From positions 150,001 through 182,000 of the forward strand of contig NZ_BCZP01000009.1 of assembly GCF_001598795.1 (NCBI RefSeq): a DNA stretch of 32,000 nucleotides, given 5' to 3'. This document shows, piece after piece, positions 23,543 to 32,000 of the stretch (the first letter of the stretch is position 1; each line of letters opens with the position of its first letter). The notes under the pieces are model-generated. The model had not been told where the DNA came from and made no database searches. It worked only from the letters and a program-made list of their open reading frames with translations. The translations under genes were made by a program, and so were the position numbers. The stretch comes from Delftia acidovorans NBRC 14950. GTDB taxonomy: Bacteria > Pseudomonadota > Gammaproteobacteria > Burkholderiales > Burkholderiaceae_C.

Positions 23543-25837
23543 TCAAGCGGGGTTGATATGGCTGTCCGGAGACGACACGGTCACCTTGGAGCTGCCGCTG
23601 ATGGAGATCGTCTGTCCGTTGACCTGCACGGTGCCGTCGCTGGTCATGCGCAACACGGCCTTGCCGCACTTGATCTCGATGGCGTCGCCCACGGTGATGA
23701 CCATTTCCTTGCCCACCGTGATCGTCTGCACCTCGCCCACGGTGGTGGCGGAGTTCTTGCCGACCGTCGCCGTATGGTTGTCGGCCGTGTCGTCGGTGCG
23801 GTTCTTGCCCACGCTGGTGGACTGGTTCTGACCCACTGAAATACTGCGGTTCATGAGCACCGTCGTGCTCTGGTTCAGCCCCACATTCACCACCATGGCC
23901 GCGCCCACATTGACGTTGTAGGCGGCGCCGATGTTCACCATCTTGGCCAGGCCCACGTTCTGCATATAGGCCAGTCCGATGGTCTCTGTCTTGAAGCTGC
24001 CCACCTTGATCGACCAGTTGTTGCCGATCTTGTCCTTCTCGTTGCGGCCTATGGTCTTGCTGCGGTTCTTGCCGATGGAGATGTTCTCGTCGATGCCGAC
24101 GTCTTCATTGCGGTTGTCGCCGATGCTGATCTTCTCGTTGTGGTCCACGCGCTCCGTGCGGTTGTTGTGCACGGTGATGGTCTCGTCGCGGTCCACTGTC
24201 TCGGTGCGGTCGCGGTGGATGACGTTGGTCTCGTCCCGGTCGATGGTTTTGCGCCGGTCGTTGCCCACCCATTTGTCCTCGTCGTTCTCGACTTCGGTGA
24301 GCTGGTCCTTTTGCGCATGCAGCCACAGTTGTTCGGCGCCCGCCTTGTCCTCGAAGCGGATGGCGTTGGCGTCGCCCTGGCCGTTCTTCAGGCCCGCGCC
24401 CGGTGCGCCGCCCTTGCTGGATCTTGTCTTGATGCCCGATTGCGTGGCGTTGGCCGGCAGCGCCCAGGGCGGCATGTTGGAGGCGTTGTAGACGCAGCCC
24501 ATGACGATGGGGTAGTCCGGGTCCCCGTTGAGGAAGTCCACGATGACTTCCATTCCGATGCGCGGGATGTGCACGGCGCCAAAGCCCGGCCCGGCCCAGC
24601 TGGTGGCCACGCGCATCCAGCAGCTGGAGTTCTCGTTCATGCCGCCGATGCGGTCCCAGTGGAACTGCACCTTGACGCGGCCGTACTGGTCGCACCAGAT
24701 CTCTTCGCCTGCGGGGCCGACGACGACGGCGGTCTGCGGGCCCGTGGTGCGCGGTTTGGCGGTAATGCGCTGGGGCTTGAAGGGCAGGCTGGTGGGCTGG
24801 GCCTGGAGCACGAATTTCTGTGTCGAGCCCTCGCCGCTGCCGCCGTCGCTGACGCGCGGGTTTTCTTCGAAGGCGTAGTCCACGGCCGTGACCAGGTAGG
24901 CCTGGTTCTGGTCGCCGCGCGGGTAGTTGTCCAGCGTGAAGGTGTAGCCCGGCGCCATGGCGCGGTGGTTGGAGCTGCCCTGCACCGTGCTCTGGCGCGT
25001 GAGGCTTTGCTGCAGGCGCACGCGGATGTAGTCCTCGCCGTCGCCGGTCTCGGTGTAGCCGCCCGGCCATTCGTAGATCTCGTAGGCGTCGTGTGCATGG
25101 CCGGGCGGGTTGCGCCGCATGTTGGACAGCTCGGCGCGGGGCTTCTTGAAGTCGTAGTCGTCGTTGTAGTGCCGGCCGGGCTTGACGCGCTGGTGCAGTT
25201 CCCAGGCGTGTATGCATTCCTCGCGCGCCACGGCGGCCTTGCCCGGCGGGTGGAAGGGGATGACGGCGCCGCCCTGCAGCGGGTCGTGCGAGGCGACGAT
25301 GTCGTCGCCCAATGTCAGCACATGCTGGCCCGCGCTGTGCTGGTGGTAGTAGCAGATGCCCTCGTGCTCCATGAGGCGCGATACGAACTGGAAGTCCGTC
25401 TCGTTGTACTGCACGCAGTACTCCCAGGTGCGGTAGGAGCGCGTCAGGCGCTGCTGCATGGGGTGGCCGTAGATGCCCAGGACCTCGTTGATGATGTCCG
25501 GCACGGTCTTGTTCTGGAAGATGCGAAAGTCGCTGCGGCGCGTGGCCAGCCACAGCCAGGGCGACAGGCGCGCGCGGTACAGGAAGTTGCGGTGCTCGTC
25601 CTGGCCGCGCATGCCAAAGGCCGTGACCAGGCCATCGATGTAGCGTTTGCCGCCGTCCTGGGTCTCCACCACCACGGTGGCGCCCTTGCCCAGCAGGGCC
25701 TTGGGATCGATGCTGTCGCTTTCGCTGAGCAGGTCGATCTCCAGGGCGAACAGATGGCTGATTTCCTCGCGACCCTGCAGCCGGCGCAGCTGCAGCTGGT
25801 CTGCCAGGGGGGTGTTGATGGTGACTCTGCGTGTCAT
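23543..25837 (-). CDS. vgrG: T6SS spike protein VgrG (TssI)
   Basis: 764 aa. Gp27/gp5 hallmarks: PQTAVVVGPAGEEIWCDQYGRVKVQFHWDR, SCWMRVATSWAGPGFGAVHIPRIGMEVIVDFLNGDPDYPIVMGCVYN. Long octapeptide-type beta-helix repeats follow. Confidence 0.95.
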   Translation of the reverse strand: MTRRVTINTPLADQLQLRRLQGREEISHLFALEIDLLSESDSIDPKALLGKGATVVVETQDGGKRYIDGLVTAFGMRGQDEHRNFLYRARLSPWLWLATRRSDFRIFQNKTVPDIINEVLGIYGHPMQQRLTRSYRTWEYCVQYNETDFQFVSRLMEHEGICYYHQHSAGQHVLTLGDDIVASHDPLQGGAVIPFHPPGKAAVAREECIHAWELHQRVKPGRHYNDDYDFKKPRAELSNMRRNPPGHAHDAYEIYEWPGGYTETGDGEDYIRVRLQQSLTRQSTVQGSSNHRAMAPGYTFTLDNYPRGDQNQAYLVTAVDYAFEENPRVSDGGSGEGSTQKFVLQAQPTSLPFKPQRITAKPRTTGPQTAVVVGPAGEEIWCDQYGRVKVQFHWDRIGGMNENSSCWMRVATSWAGPGFGAVHIPRIGMEVIVDFLNGDPDYPIVMGCVYNASNMPPWALPANATQSGIKTRSSKGGAPGAGLKNGQGDANAIRFEDKAGAEQLWLHAQKDQLTEVENDEDKWVGNDRRKTIDRDETNVIHRDRTETVDRDETITVHNNRTERVDHNEKISIGDNRNEDVGIDENISIGKNRSKTIGRNEKDKIGNNWSIKVGSFKTETIGLAYMQNVGLAKMVNIGAAYNVNVGAAMVVNVGLNQSTTVLMNRSISVGQNQSTSVGKNRTDDTADNHTATVGKNSATTVGEVQTITVGKEMVITVGDAIEIKCGKAVLRMTSDGTVQVNGQTISISGSSKVTVSSPDSHINPA

Positions 25838-25944
25838 GGTGTCGGATCTCGCGGTGCTTGGGGGTAGACAAGGGGCGGGGGCGTCAGGTCCGGGGCGGGC
25901 CTGCGTGCGCCGGCGGTGGATGGGGTGGAGGGGCGCCTTTGCTG

Positions 25945-27102
25945 CTATCGGGCTGCGTACACCAGCGCTGGCCGGGCACCGTCCGCGTCATCCAGGGCTG
26001 GATCGATGACGGGATCGGGGCTAAAGGTGTACTCCAGCGCGATGAACTGGTAGTTGCCGCGCCGGTCGGTGAAAACAGCCAGGCCGCCAGGCGTCAAGGC
26101 CACGTTGAACCAGTCGTTATCGGTGCGGGGTTGGTCCAGGTCCAGCTTGCCGGACTGGCTCAGTGCAAGCACGCTGCCTGCCAGGCTTTCCAGGTTCAGA
26201 ACGCTGAGCTGGCGGCCGTCAGCGCCATACAGCCGTAGCTCTCCGGTGGCTTCGACCTTGCTGAGGCCCTCGCCAAGGGGGACGGATCGCTTCATGGTGG
26301 CCAGCACGAACTGGCCGCCCGGCGCCAAACGCAGGTCCGGGGGGATGTCGCCGGAGCCATGGCGGAATTCGGCCAGGCGCACGATGCGCGCACCCGTGCG
26401 CAACGCAAGCGCTGCGCCCGTGCCGCGCTGATCGGGCAAGGCATAGGTCAACAGCACATTGCCTGCTGACCATTCGATGGCATTGGCCCAGGTCATCGCA
26501 TCGGCTCCCGCCCAGGACTGAACCTGCGCGGCCATGGCTGCAGCCGGGTCCTCGTCCCGGGGCTGCACGGTCAGGCTTGCGTTGGCGGAGATGGCCAGAC
26601 GGGGCGGTGCATCCAGGCTGCCCAGGTTGCGGGTCTGCTGCAGTGTCCATTGCGGCAGCTCGAATGTCAGCAGCTGATACGGCTTGCGGCCATCGGCATC
26701 GGGATCCACATGGCTGCTGGCGACGATGTGGACCATTGCGGCAGTGCGATCCTGCGCATCGTCCGTGGCGACGGAGCGGGCCAGGCAACCGCCGGGGTGC
26801 ACTCCCGGCTGTGCAAGCGCCGCAACGGCAGGGGGGTTGCCGCTGCGCTCGGACAGCTGGAAACTGCCGACTTTGGATCGCTGGACGAGGTCCAGGCGAT
26901 CAACGGTGCCGTTGCAGTAAACGGTATAGAGATAGCGGTACGGGTCCTGGTCGTTCGATGGGGCGGAGCTGGCCGGCTTCGCCTGCCCGGACGAGACGGT
27001 AGGGCTGTCATCCGCATTGCGCGTGCATGCGGCCGACAGCAAAGCGCTGGCCAGCATTACGCCAATGGTCGCGAAGCGGCGGGAAGTAGCACTCCAGGGC
27101 AT
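25945..27102 (-). CDS. exported (probable lipo-)protein, candidate periplasmic immunity protein
   Basis: ORF 25945..27231 trimmed to the ATG at 27102, 2 nt after the upstream stop. MPWSATSRRFATIGVMLASALLSAAC is a signal peptide with a relaxed lipobox. The rest looks beta-rich with no recognisable family. Confidence 0.5.
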   Translation of the reverse strand: MPWSATSRRFATIGVMLASALLSAACTRNADDSPTVSSGQAKPASSAPSNDQDPYRYLYTVYCNGTVDRLDLVQRSKVGSFQLSERSGNPPAVAALAQPGVHPGGCLARSVATDDAQDRTAAMVHIVASSHVDPDADGRKPYQLLTFELPQWTLQQTRNLGSLDAPPRLAISANASLTVQPRDEDPAAAMAAQVQSWAGADAMTWANAIEWSAGNVLLTYALPDQRGTGAALALRTGARIVRLAEFRHGSGDIPPDLRLAPGGQFVLATMKRSVPLGEGLSKVEATGELRLYGADGRQLSVLNLESLAGSVLALSQSGKLDLDQPRTDNDWFNVALTPGGLAVFTDRRGNYQFIALEYTFSPDPVIDPALDDADGARPALVYAAR

Positions 27103-27104
27103 GG

Positions 27105-28064
27105 CTAGAAGTCCTCGCGGGCAAGCACGTTGTCGACATAGTTGCGATCGCCCACGGCGCCGCGCTCGGCGGCGGGAATCCTTTCCCATTCGGCGCGGGC
27201 CGTATTTCCGTCGGCGCTGACCGTCACCCACAGTTGATCGCCCTGCATGCGTATGCGGTACTCATGCAGATTGTTGGCATAGCCGTTGAAGCCGCGCAGG
27301 GTGTCGAGTTCGAGCTGCTCGGCCGTGTAGTCCGGCAGTTCCACGGGAATGGCTGGCAATCCTTGTGCGGTTCGGGCCTGGTTCCAGGCTCTGACCAGAC
27401 CTTTGAACCGCTCGCCCTTGCGCTGCTTGCCAGGATATGCCCTTGCGAAGGCCTCCTTTTCCAGGAAGAGCTTCCAGCCGCCGCGCACGTTGTCCTTCCA
27501 GTTCCAGGTCTGATTGGCAGTCGGTGCCGGTCGGGTGAGTTGGCACAGGCCCACGCCACCCAGGCCATCGCTGCTGTATTTCGGCCAATTGCCGGGAGTG
27601 CGGAATTGTTGCAGCGAGCTTTCCTGCCGCATTTTTTTTCGAAACACGATCCTGTCGGCGCCAATGCTGTTGGCAAAGGCACGGATGGCGGTGCTCGTGG
27701 GATTGGTGCCGACGATGGTCCAGGTGGCGCGCGCCCGGCGCTCCACACCGGCCGCCCGCATCGTGACCTGCACGGTCAGCAGGCCTCCACGGACTTCGGT
27801 GAACGGGATGCGCCAGCTCGGGCTGGCGCTGGTCTGCGGTGGCAGAGGGCTGTGTGCAGTGCTTCGGCCACTTCCATACGCGGTGTTGGTAGGCGGTGTG
27901 CCGCCTTCGAACGTCAGCGTGGCCGACCATTCGAAGATGGGCGTGCTCCCTGCAGGCAGCGCTTCGTTCTGCAGGACGGCAGTCACCGTAATGGTGGGCA
28001 TTTGGGCATCGGCCGTGATGGCGAACTGCGATCCTGCGGGCTGGCTGGTAATGGCAAGTGGCAT
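27105..28064 (-). CDS. candidate T6SS peptidoglycan glycoside-hydrolase effector (lysozyme/SLT-like C-domain, Ig-like N-domain)
   Basis: 319 aa with no signal peptide; GGAGA RBS. RQESSLQQF, GLGGVGLCQLT and NWKDNVRGGWKLF match the SLT/GH23 motif series (ES / GLMQ / N..G). Confidence 0.45.
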   Translation of the reverse strand: MPLAITSQPAGSQFAITADAQMPTITVTAVLQNEALPAGSTPIFEWSATLTFEGGTPPTNTAYGSGRSTAHSPLPPQTSASPSWRIPFTEVRGGLLTVQVTMRAAGVERRARATWTIVGTNPTSTAIRAFANSIGADRIVFRKKMRQESSLQQFRTPGNWPKYSSDGLGGVGLCQLTRPAPTANQTWNWKDNVRGGWKLFLEKEAFARAYPGKQRKGERFKGLVRAWNQARTAQGLPAIPVELPDYTAEQLELDTLRGFNGYANNLHEYRIRMQGDQLWVTVSADGNTARAEWERIPAAERGAVGDRNYVDNVLAREDF

Positions 28065-28100
28065 GTTCAGGGGTCTCCGTAAGGCGATGGATGGCTGGGC

Positions 28101-30380
28101 CTAGCGCGATGCCTGCGCAGCGCGGGCGCGTTCCAGGTGGAGCACGGCGGCGTCCAGCAGCGGGTCGCCGCCGGCCTGGATGGAGGCGGTGAAGGCCGCG
28201 TCCACGGGCACGCGCAGGCGCGGGGTTACGCCTTGGGCCTGTGCAGCGGTGTTGTTGCCGCCAGCGGGGCCGGTTTCTGCGAGCAGGGGGACTTGCACGA
28301 TGAAGCCAGCTGGCAGGTGCACGCGCGTGGCGGGGCCGGTGGCGCCGGCCGTGGCGCTGGTGGCGACGATGTCGGCACGCTGGCTGTGCTGCAGCCAGGC
28401 AGCGAATAGTTCGCAGGGGCCGGCGCAGCCGGGGCCGGTGAGCACGGCGACGGGAGCCGTGAAGGGCGTGCCCGAGGCGGCCAGGGGCAGCTGGGCCGGC
28501 AGGCCCAGGCCGCCACGGCTGCGCCAGACGCGGGCGGCGGGGTCGAACAGGCGCTGGGCGGCGTCCTGCATGCGCAGCGGCTTGTCGCGCGTGTAGAGCG
28601 AGGCCAGCATGTGGGGCACCAGCTGGTAGGCGTCGTCGCCCCGGTGGGCGCGCAGGTCGATGATCAGGCCCGTGACCCTGGCCTGGGTGGCGGCGGCCAA
28701 GGTGCCCTCCCAGCGGTTGAGCTGGCCGGTGGCGCCGTCGGCAAAGCTGTCGAGGGCGATGTAGGCCAGGTTGCCGCCCTGGGCGCTGCGCAGCAGGAAG
28801 GAGGCGAGGGCGGGCTCGGCCGCAGGCAGGGCCGTGGTGGCGGCCGCGGCGGCGTCCAGGCGCAGGGTCTGTTCCTGGTTGCTGGATGCGCTGTTGGGTG
28901 TGCCGGCTGCGGTGCGCAGGCTCAGCGTGGCGGGCGTGCCCAGGTCCAGCGCGAGCAGATCGGCGCGGCGGGCGTCGGCACCGGCGCGCAGCGAGGCGGG
29001 GGCAATGCGGTCCAGGTAGCGTGCCGGGCTTTCCCCTTCGATGGCGAGGATGTCGCTGCCGGGCTGCAGGCCCGCCTTGGCGGCGGCAGAGCCTGGCGCC
29101 ACGCTGGTGATGGCGATGTGGCCGTCCTCGCGCAGCCAGGTGCGCGGCATGGGCAGGTTGACGCTGCCGCGTGCCAGCAGCTGCGGTGACAGGCCCCGGT
29201 CTGTGCGGGCAGGCCAGGCCTGGCCGCCGGGCAGCAGAACGCGGTATTGGCCATCGCCCAGGCGCTGGCCCATTTCTGCCAGGGCCTGGGCCTGTGTGGC
29301 GCTGTCGCCGCGCTCGGCGGCGGTCTGCAGGCGCTGGCCGTAGTCGGCACGCAGCTTGCCGGCATCAAAGCCGCTGGCGGCCGCCAGCGGGTGGCGCTCG
29401 GCAATGAGGCCGATGAGGGCCTGGGCCGCATCGCCTGCGCCCAGGCGGGACAGGTCGATGTCCTGAGCGGGCTGGACGGCATGGAAGGCCAGGGCGATTT
29501 CCCGGGCGCGGTCGAAGCGCAGGGCCTGCGGCTCCAGGGTGACCACGGTGTAGCCGCGCGGCAGGGTGACCATGGGATCGTCGGCGGTGAACAGGCGCCC
29601 GTCGGCGCCAAAGCCGGAAGGGAAGCGCTGCGTGGCATCGCTGGCCCAGACCAGCAGCTTGCCGCCCGTGGGCTCCAGGATGTCGCCGCTTTGGCGCGGC
29701 CATTCGGTGCGCACCGAGCTGGCGCGCAGCATGGCGTGCTGCTCTATGGCGTCGAGGCTGCGCCGGCCCGCGCGCTGGGGCACGTCGGCGTGGACGGACA
29801 GGGCGAAGATGCGCACGCCCCGGCCACCGGGGCGCGCGCGGCCGGTGGACAGGTCATAGGTCGTGCCTTCGGGGTCGCTGGGCAGTTCGATGGCCACGCC
29901 GGTGCTGTCGCCGCGCGGCAGGGCCAGCCATTGCGACTTGGCTGGCGCCACATGGGCGGCCTGGCGCTGCACGAGGTACGGCCCCTGGTCCATGAGCGCG
30001 ACCACGGCCTGGCCGCGCCGGGCGCTGTCCGTCCAGGCGTCGCCCAGCACGGCCATGACGCGGCGTGGGCCGCCCTGGTCGTCCTGCACGGGGGCGGCGC
30101 CGTAGGGCGGCGACTGTGCCGCCTCGGGCTGGGCCTGGTTGCGGTCCCACCAGGCACGGGCCTCGCTGGCGGCACCGGTGGCCGCGTTGGTGGCCGTGCT
30201 GGCTGCGCTGCGGCCGGCCTCCAGCGCCTGCTGGCCGGCCGTGGCGGCGCCCGAGGCCCGCTGCACGGTGTCGGCAGCCTGGCCGATGGCGCCCAGGTCC
30301 AGCGCCTGTGCGGCCGGGGCGGCCAGCAGCGCGGCGGCAATCACTGCCGTGGTGGCGCGTGGAAGACGGCGCCCGCTCAT
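28101..30380 (-). CDS. secreted PDZ domain / S41 (C-terminal processing peptidase)-like protein
   Basis: ORF 28101..30809 trimmed to the ATG at 30380, which forms an ATGA overlap with the clpV stop. Signal peptide MSGRRLPRATTAVIAAALLAAPAAQA. PDZ-like ITSVAPGSAAAKAGLQPGSDILAIEG. S41-like GLIIDLRAHRGDD and VAVLTGPGCAGPCELFAAWLQ. Confidence 0.6.
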   Translation of the reverse strand: MSGRRLPRATTAVIAAALLAAPAAQALDLGAIGQAADTVQRASGAATAGQQALEAGRSAASTATNAATGAASEARAWWDRNQAQPEAAQSPPYGAAPVQDDQGGPRRVMAVLGDAWTDSARRGQAVVALMDQGPYLVQRQAAHVAPAKSQWLALPRGDSTGVAIELPSDPEGTTYDLSTGRARPGGRGVRIFALSVHADVPQRAGRRSLDAIEQHAMLRASSVRTEWPRQSGDILEPTGGKLLVWASDATQRFPSGFGADGRLFTADDPMVTLPRGYTVVTLEPQALRFDRAREIALAFHAVQPAQDIDLSRLGAGDAAQALIGLIAERHPLAAASGFDAGKLRADYGQRLQTAAERGDSATQAQALAEMGQRLGDGQYRVLLPGGQAWPARTDRGLSPQLLARGSVNLPMPRTWLREDGHIAITSVAPGSAAAKAGLQPGSDILAIEGESPARYLDRIAPASLRAGADARRADLLALDLGTPATLSLRTAAGTPNSASSNQEQTLRLDAAAAATTALPAAEPALASFLLRSAQGGNLAYIALDSFADGATGQLNRWEGTLAAATQARVTGLIIDLRAHRGDDAYQLVPHMLASLYTRDKPLRMQDAAQRLFDPAARVWRSRGGLGLPAQLPLAASGTPFTAPVAVLTGPGCAGPCELFAAWLQHSQRADIVATSATAGATGPATRVHLPAGFIVQVPLLAETGPAGGNNTAAQAQGVTPRLRVPVDAAFTASIQAGGDPLLDAAVLHLERARAAQASR

Positions 30381-32000
30381 GCGGGCTCCGCAGCGCGGGT
30401 GCGCACGTCCAGCGTGAAGTCGTCGCCGCTGGCGCCGGCGTGCAGGCTTTGCAGTTCCTGGCCTTCCACGGTGGCCTGCAGGAAGTGGGTTGCCATGCGC
30501 GGCAGCAGGTTCTGGGTGAGGATGCCGTCCACCATGCGCGCGCCGGACTCGACCTCGCTGCAGCGGCGGCGCACCAGGTCCACGGCGGCTTCGTCGAAGC
30601 TGAACTGCGCGCCGTGGCGCTCTTCGATGCGCCGCTGTATGCGCAGCATCTGCAACCGGATGATCTGCTCCAGCATGGCGTCCGAGATGGGGTAGTAGGG
30701 CACCACCGTCAGGCGGCCCAGCAGCGCGGCGGGAAAGGTCTGCAGCAGCGGCTGGCGCACGGCCTGGGCCAGGCCTTCCGGCGTGGGCGCCAGGTCCGGG
30801 TCGCGGCACATGTTGGCGATCAGGTCCGAGCCCACGTTGGAGGTCAGGATGATGACGGTGTTCTTGAAGTCGATGTAGCGGCCCTCGCCGTCCTCCATCC
30901 AGCCCTTGTCGAAGACCTGAAAGAACATCTCGTGCACGTCGGAGTGGGCCTTCTCTATTTCATCGAGCAGGACCACGCTGTAGGGGCGGCGGCGCACGGC
31001 CTCGGTCAGCACGCCGCCTTCGCCGTAGCCCACGTAGCCCGGTGGCGCGCCCTTGAGGGTGGAGACGGTGTGCGCCTCCTGGAACTCGCTCATGTTGATG
31101 GTGATGAGGTTCTGCTCGCCGCCGTACAGGGCTTCGGCCAGGGACAGCGCCGTCTCGGTCTTGCCCACGCCCGAGGGACCGGCCAGCAGGAACACGCCGA
31201 TGGGCTTGCCCGGGTCGTCCAGCCGCGCGCGCGATGTCTGGATGCGGCGCGTGATGGCCTCCAGGCCGTGGCGCTGGCCGATGACGCGCTTCTCCAGCGT
31301 GTCTGCCAGCGAGAGCACGGACTGCACCTCGTCGCGCACCATGCGGCCCACGGGAATGCCGGTCCACTCGGCCACCACGGCGGCGACCACGCCGGCATCG
31401 ACTACGGGCTGCAGCAGCGGGGCATCACCCTGCAGCTCGGCGAGCTGGCGGCGCAGCGCTTCCAGCGCGGCCACGCTGGGGGGCTCGGCAGGTTCGGTTG
31501 CGGTGGCTTCGGCGGCCGTTTCCGGCGCCGCAGCGGACGGGTCTGCGGCGGCGCCGGTGGAGAAGACGGGCGGCTTCAGGCCCATGAGGGCGGCCTCGGT
31601 TTCCAGGATGCGGCGGGCCAGCGCGCTTTCCTGGCCGAAGCGCTCGGCCAGCGTGGCCTGGCGGTCGCGCAGGCTGGCCAGGTCGGTTTCCAGCGCCTGC
31701 AGGCGCTCGGCCGTGGGCAGGCCGAGGGCGGCCTCGCGCAGCAGCACTTCCTGCTCCACGCCCAGGGCCTCGATGCGGCGCTGCACGGCTTCCAGCTGGG
31801 CGGGCGTGGCATGCAGGGCCATGGCCACGCGCGAGCAGGCCGTGTCCAGCAGGCTGACGGCCTTGTCGGGCAGCTGGCGCGAGGGAATGTAGCGGTGCGA
31901 CAGGCTGACGGCCGCGGCCACCGCGTCGGCCGCAATGCGCACCTGGTGGTGGTTTTCCAGCTTGGCGGCCACGCCGCGCAGCATGTCCACGGCGCGGGGC
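30377..32000 (-). CDS. clpV: T6SS AAA+ ATPase ClpV (TssH), C-terminal about 540 aa; N-terminus lies beyond the window end
   Basis: Open to the window edge. Walker A FLLAGPSGVGKTE, Walker B YSVVLLDEIEKAH, and the ClpV-typical FFQVFDKGWMEDGEGRYIDFKNTVIILTSN. Confidence 0.9.
   Translation of the reverse strand, partial: PRAVDMLRGVAAKLENHHQVRIAADAVAAAVSLSHRYIPSRQLPDKAVSLLDTACSRVAMALHATPAQLEAVQRRIEALGVEQEVLLREAALGLPTAERLQALETDLASLRDRQATLAERFGQESALARRILETEAALMGLKPPVFSTGAAADPSAAAPETAAEATATEPAEPPSVAALEALRRQLAELQGDAPLLQPVVDAGVVAAVVAEWTGIPVGRMVRDEVQSVLSLADTLEKRVIGQRHGLEAITRRIQTSRARLDDPGKPIGVFLLAGPSGVGKTETALSLAEALYGGEQNLITINMSEFQEAHTVSTLKGAPPGYVGYGEGGVLTEAVRRRPYSVVLLDEIEKAHSDVHEMFFQVFDKGWMEDGEGRYIDFKNTVIILTSNVGSDLIANMCRDPDLAPTPEGLAQAVRQPLLQTFPAALLGRLTVVPYYPISDAMLEQIIRLQMLRIQRRIEERHGAQFSFDEAAVDLVRRRCSEVESGARMVDGILTQNLLPRMATHFLQATVEGQELQSLHAGASGDDFTLDVRTRAAEPA

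Noticed and set aside
24105-25871. 588-aa (minus, alternative frame) and 575-aa (plus) ORFs overlapping vgrG
   Set aside because: Their products are Arg/Pro/Gly-rich nonsense, whereas the VgrG frame is unambiguous.
29247-30695. 482-aa + strand ORF opposite the S41-like gene, and the 143-codon N-terminal extension of ORF 28101-30809 overlapping clpV
   Set aside because: The antisense frame is low-complexity. The extension is Arg/Pro/Gly-rich and overlaps clpV coding sequence, and the internal ATG at 30380 gives a proper signal peptide.

Overview
High-GC, Burkholderiales-like chromosomal window (a Bug/TctC-family binding protein plus LysR and TetR regulators point that way). Positions 1-10.0 kb hold ordinary metabolism and transport genes. 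These are a flavin-reductase fragment, an NAD(P)H-binding oxidoreductase, a TetR-linked Old Yellow Enzyme reductase, and a LysR regulator divergent from a TctC-like binding protein plus acyl-CoA synthetase. A DUF4198 periplasmic protein, modAB and an outer-membrane beta-barrel follow. Positions 10.1-32 kb are the distal end of a type VI secretion (T6SS) locus, with all genes but one on the minus strand. In transcription order: clpV/tssH (partial), a secreted PDZ/S41-like protein, a signal-less lysozyme/SLT-like candidate effector, and a lipoprotein that is a candidate immunity protein. Then come vgrG, a small protein that mimics the VgrG C-terminus, a DUF2169 adaptor (inverted, + strand), a helical-repeat protein and a degenerate ketosynthase-like protein. 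Last is a 1585-aa PAAR-like(DUF4150)-Rhs protein with a short AT-rich HNH-like C-terminal toxin, and its SUFU-like immunity gene. Downstream is an AT-rich array of two toxin-less Rhs remnants. They are interleaved with orphan immunity-type genes (DUF4303-like, SUKH/SMI1-KNR4-like, two unknowns), and an FGE/SUMF1-domain gene ends the array. No rRNA, tRNA, CRISPR, transposase or integrase was seen. All family calls are by-eye motif recognition on the supplied translations; no searches or computations were run.
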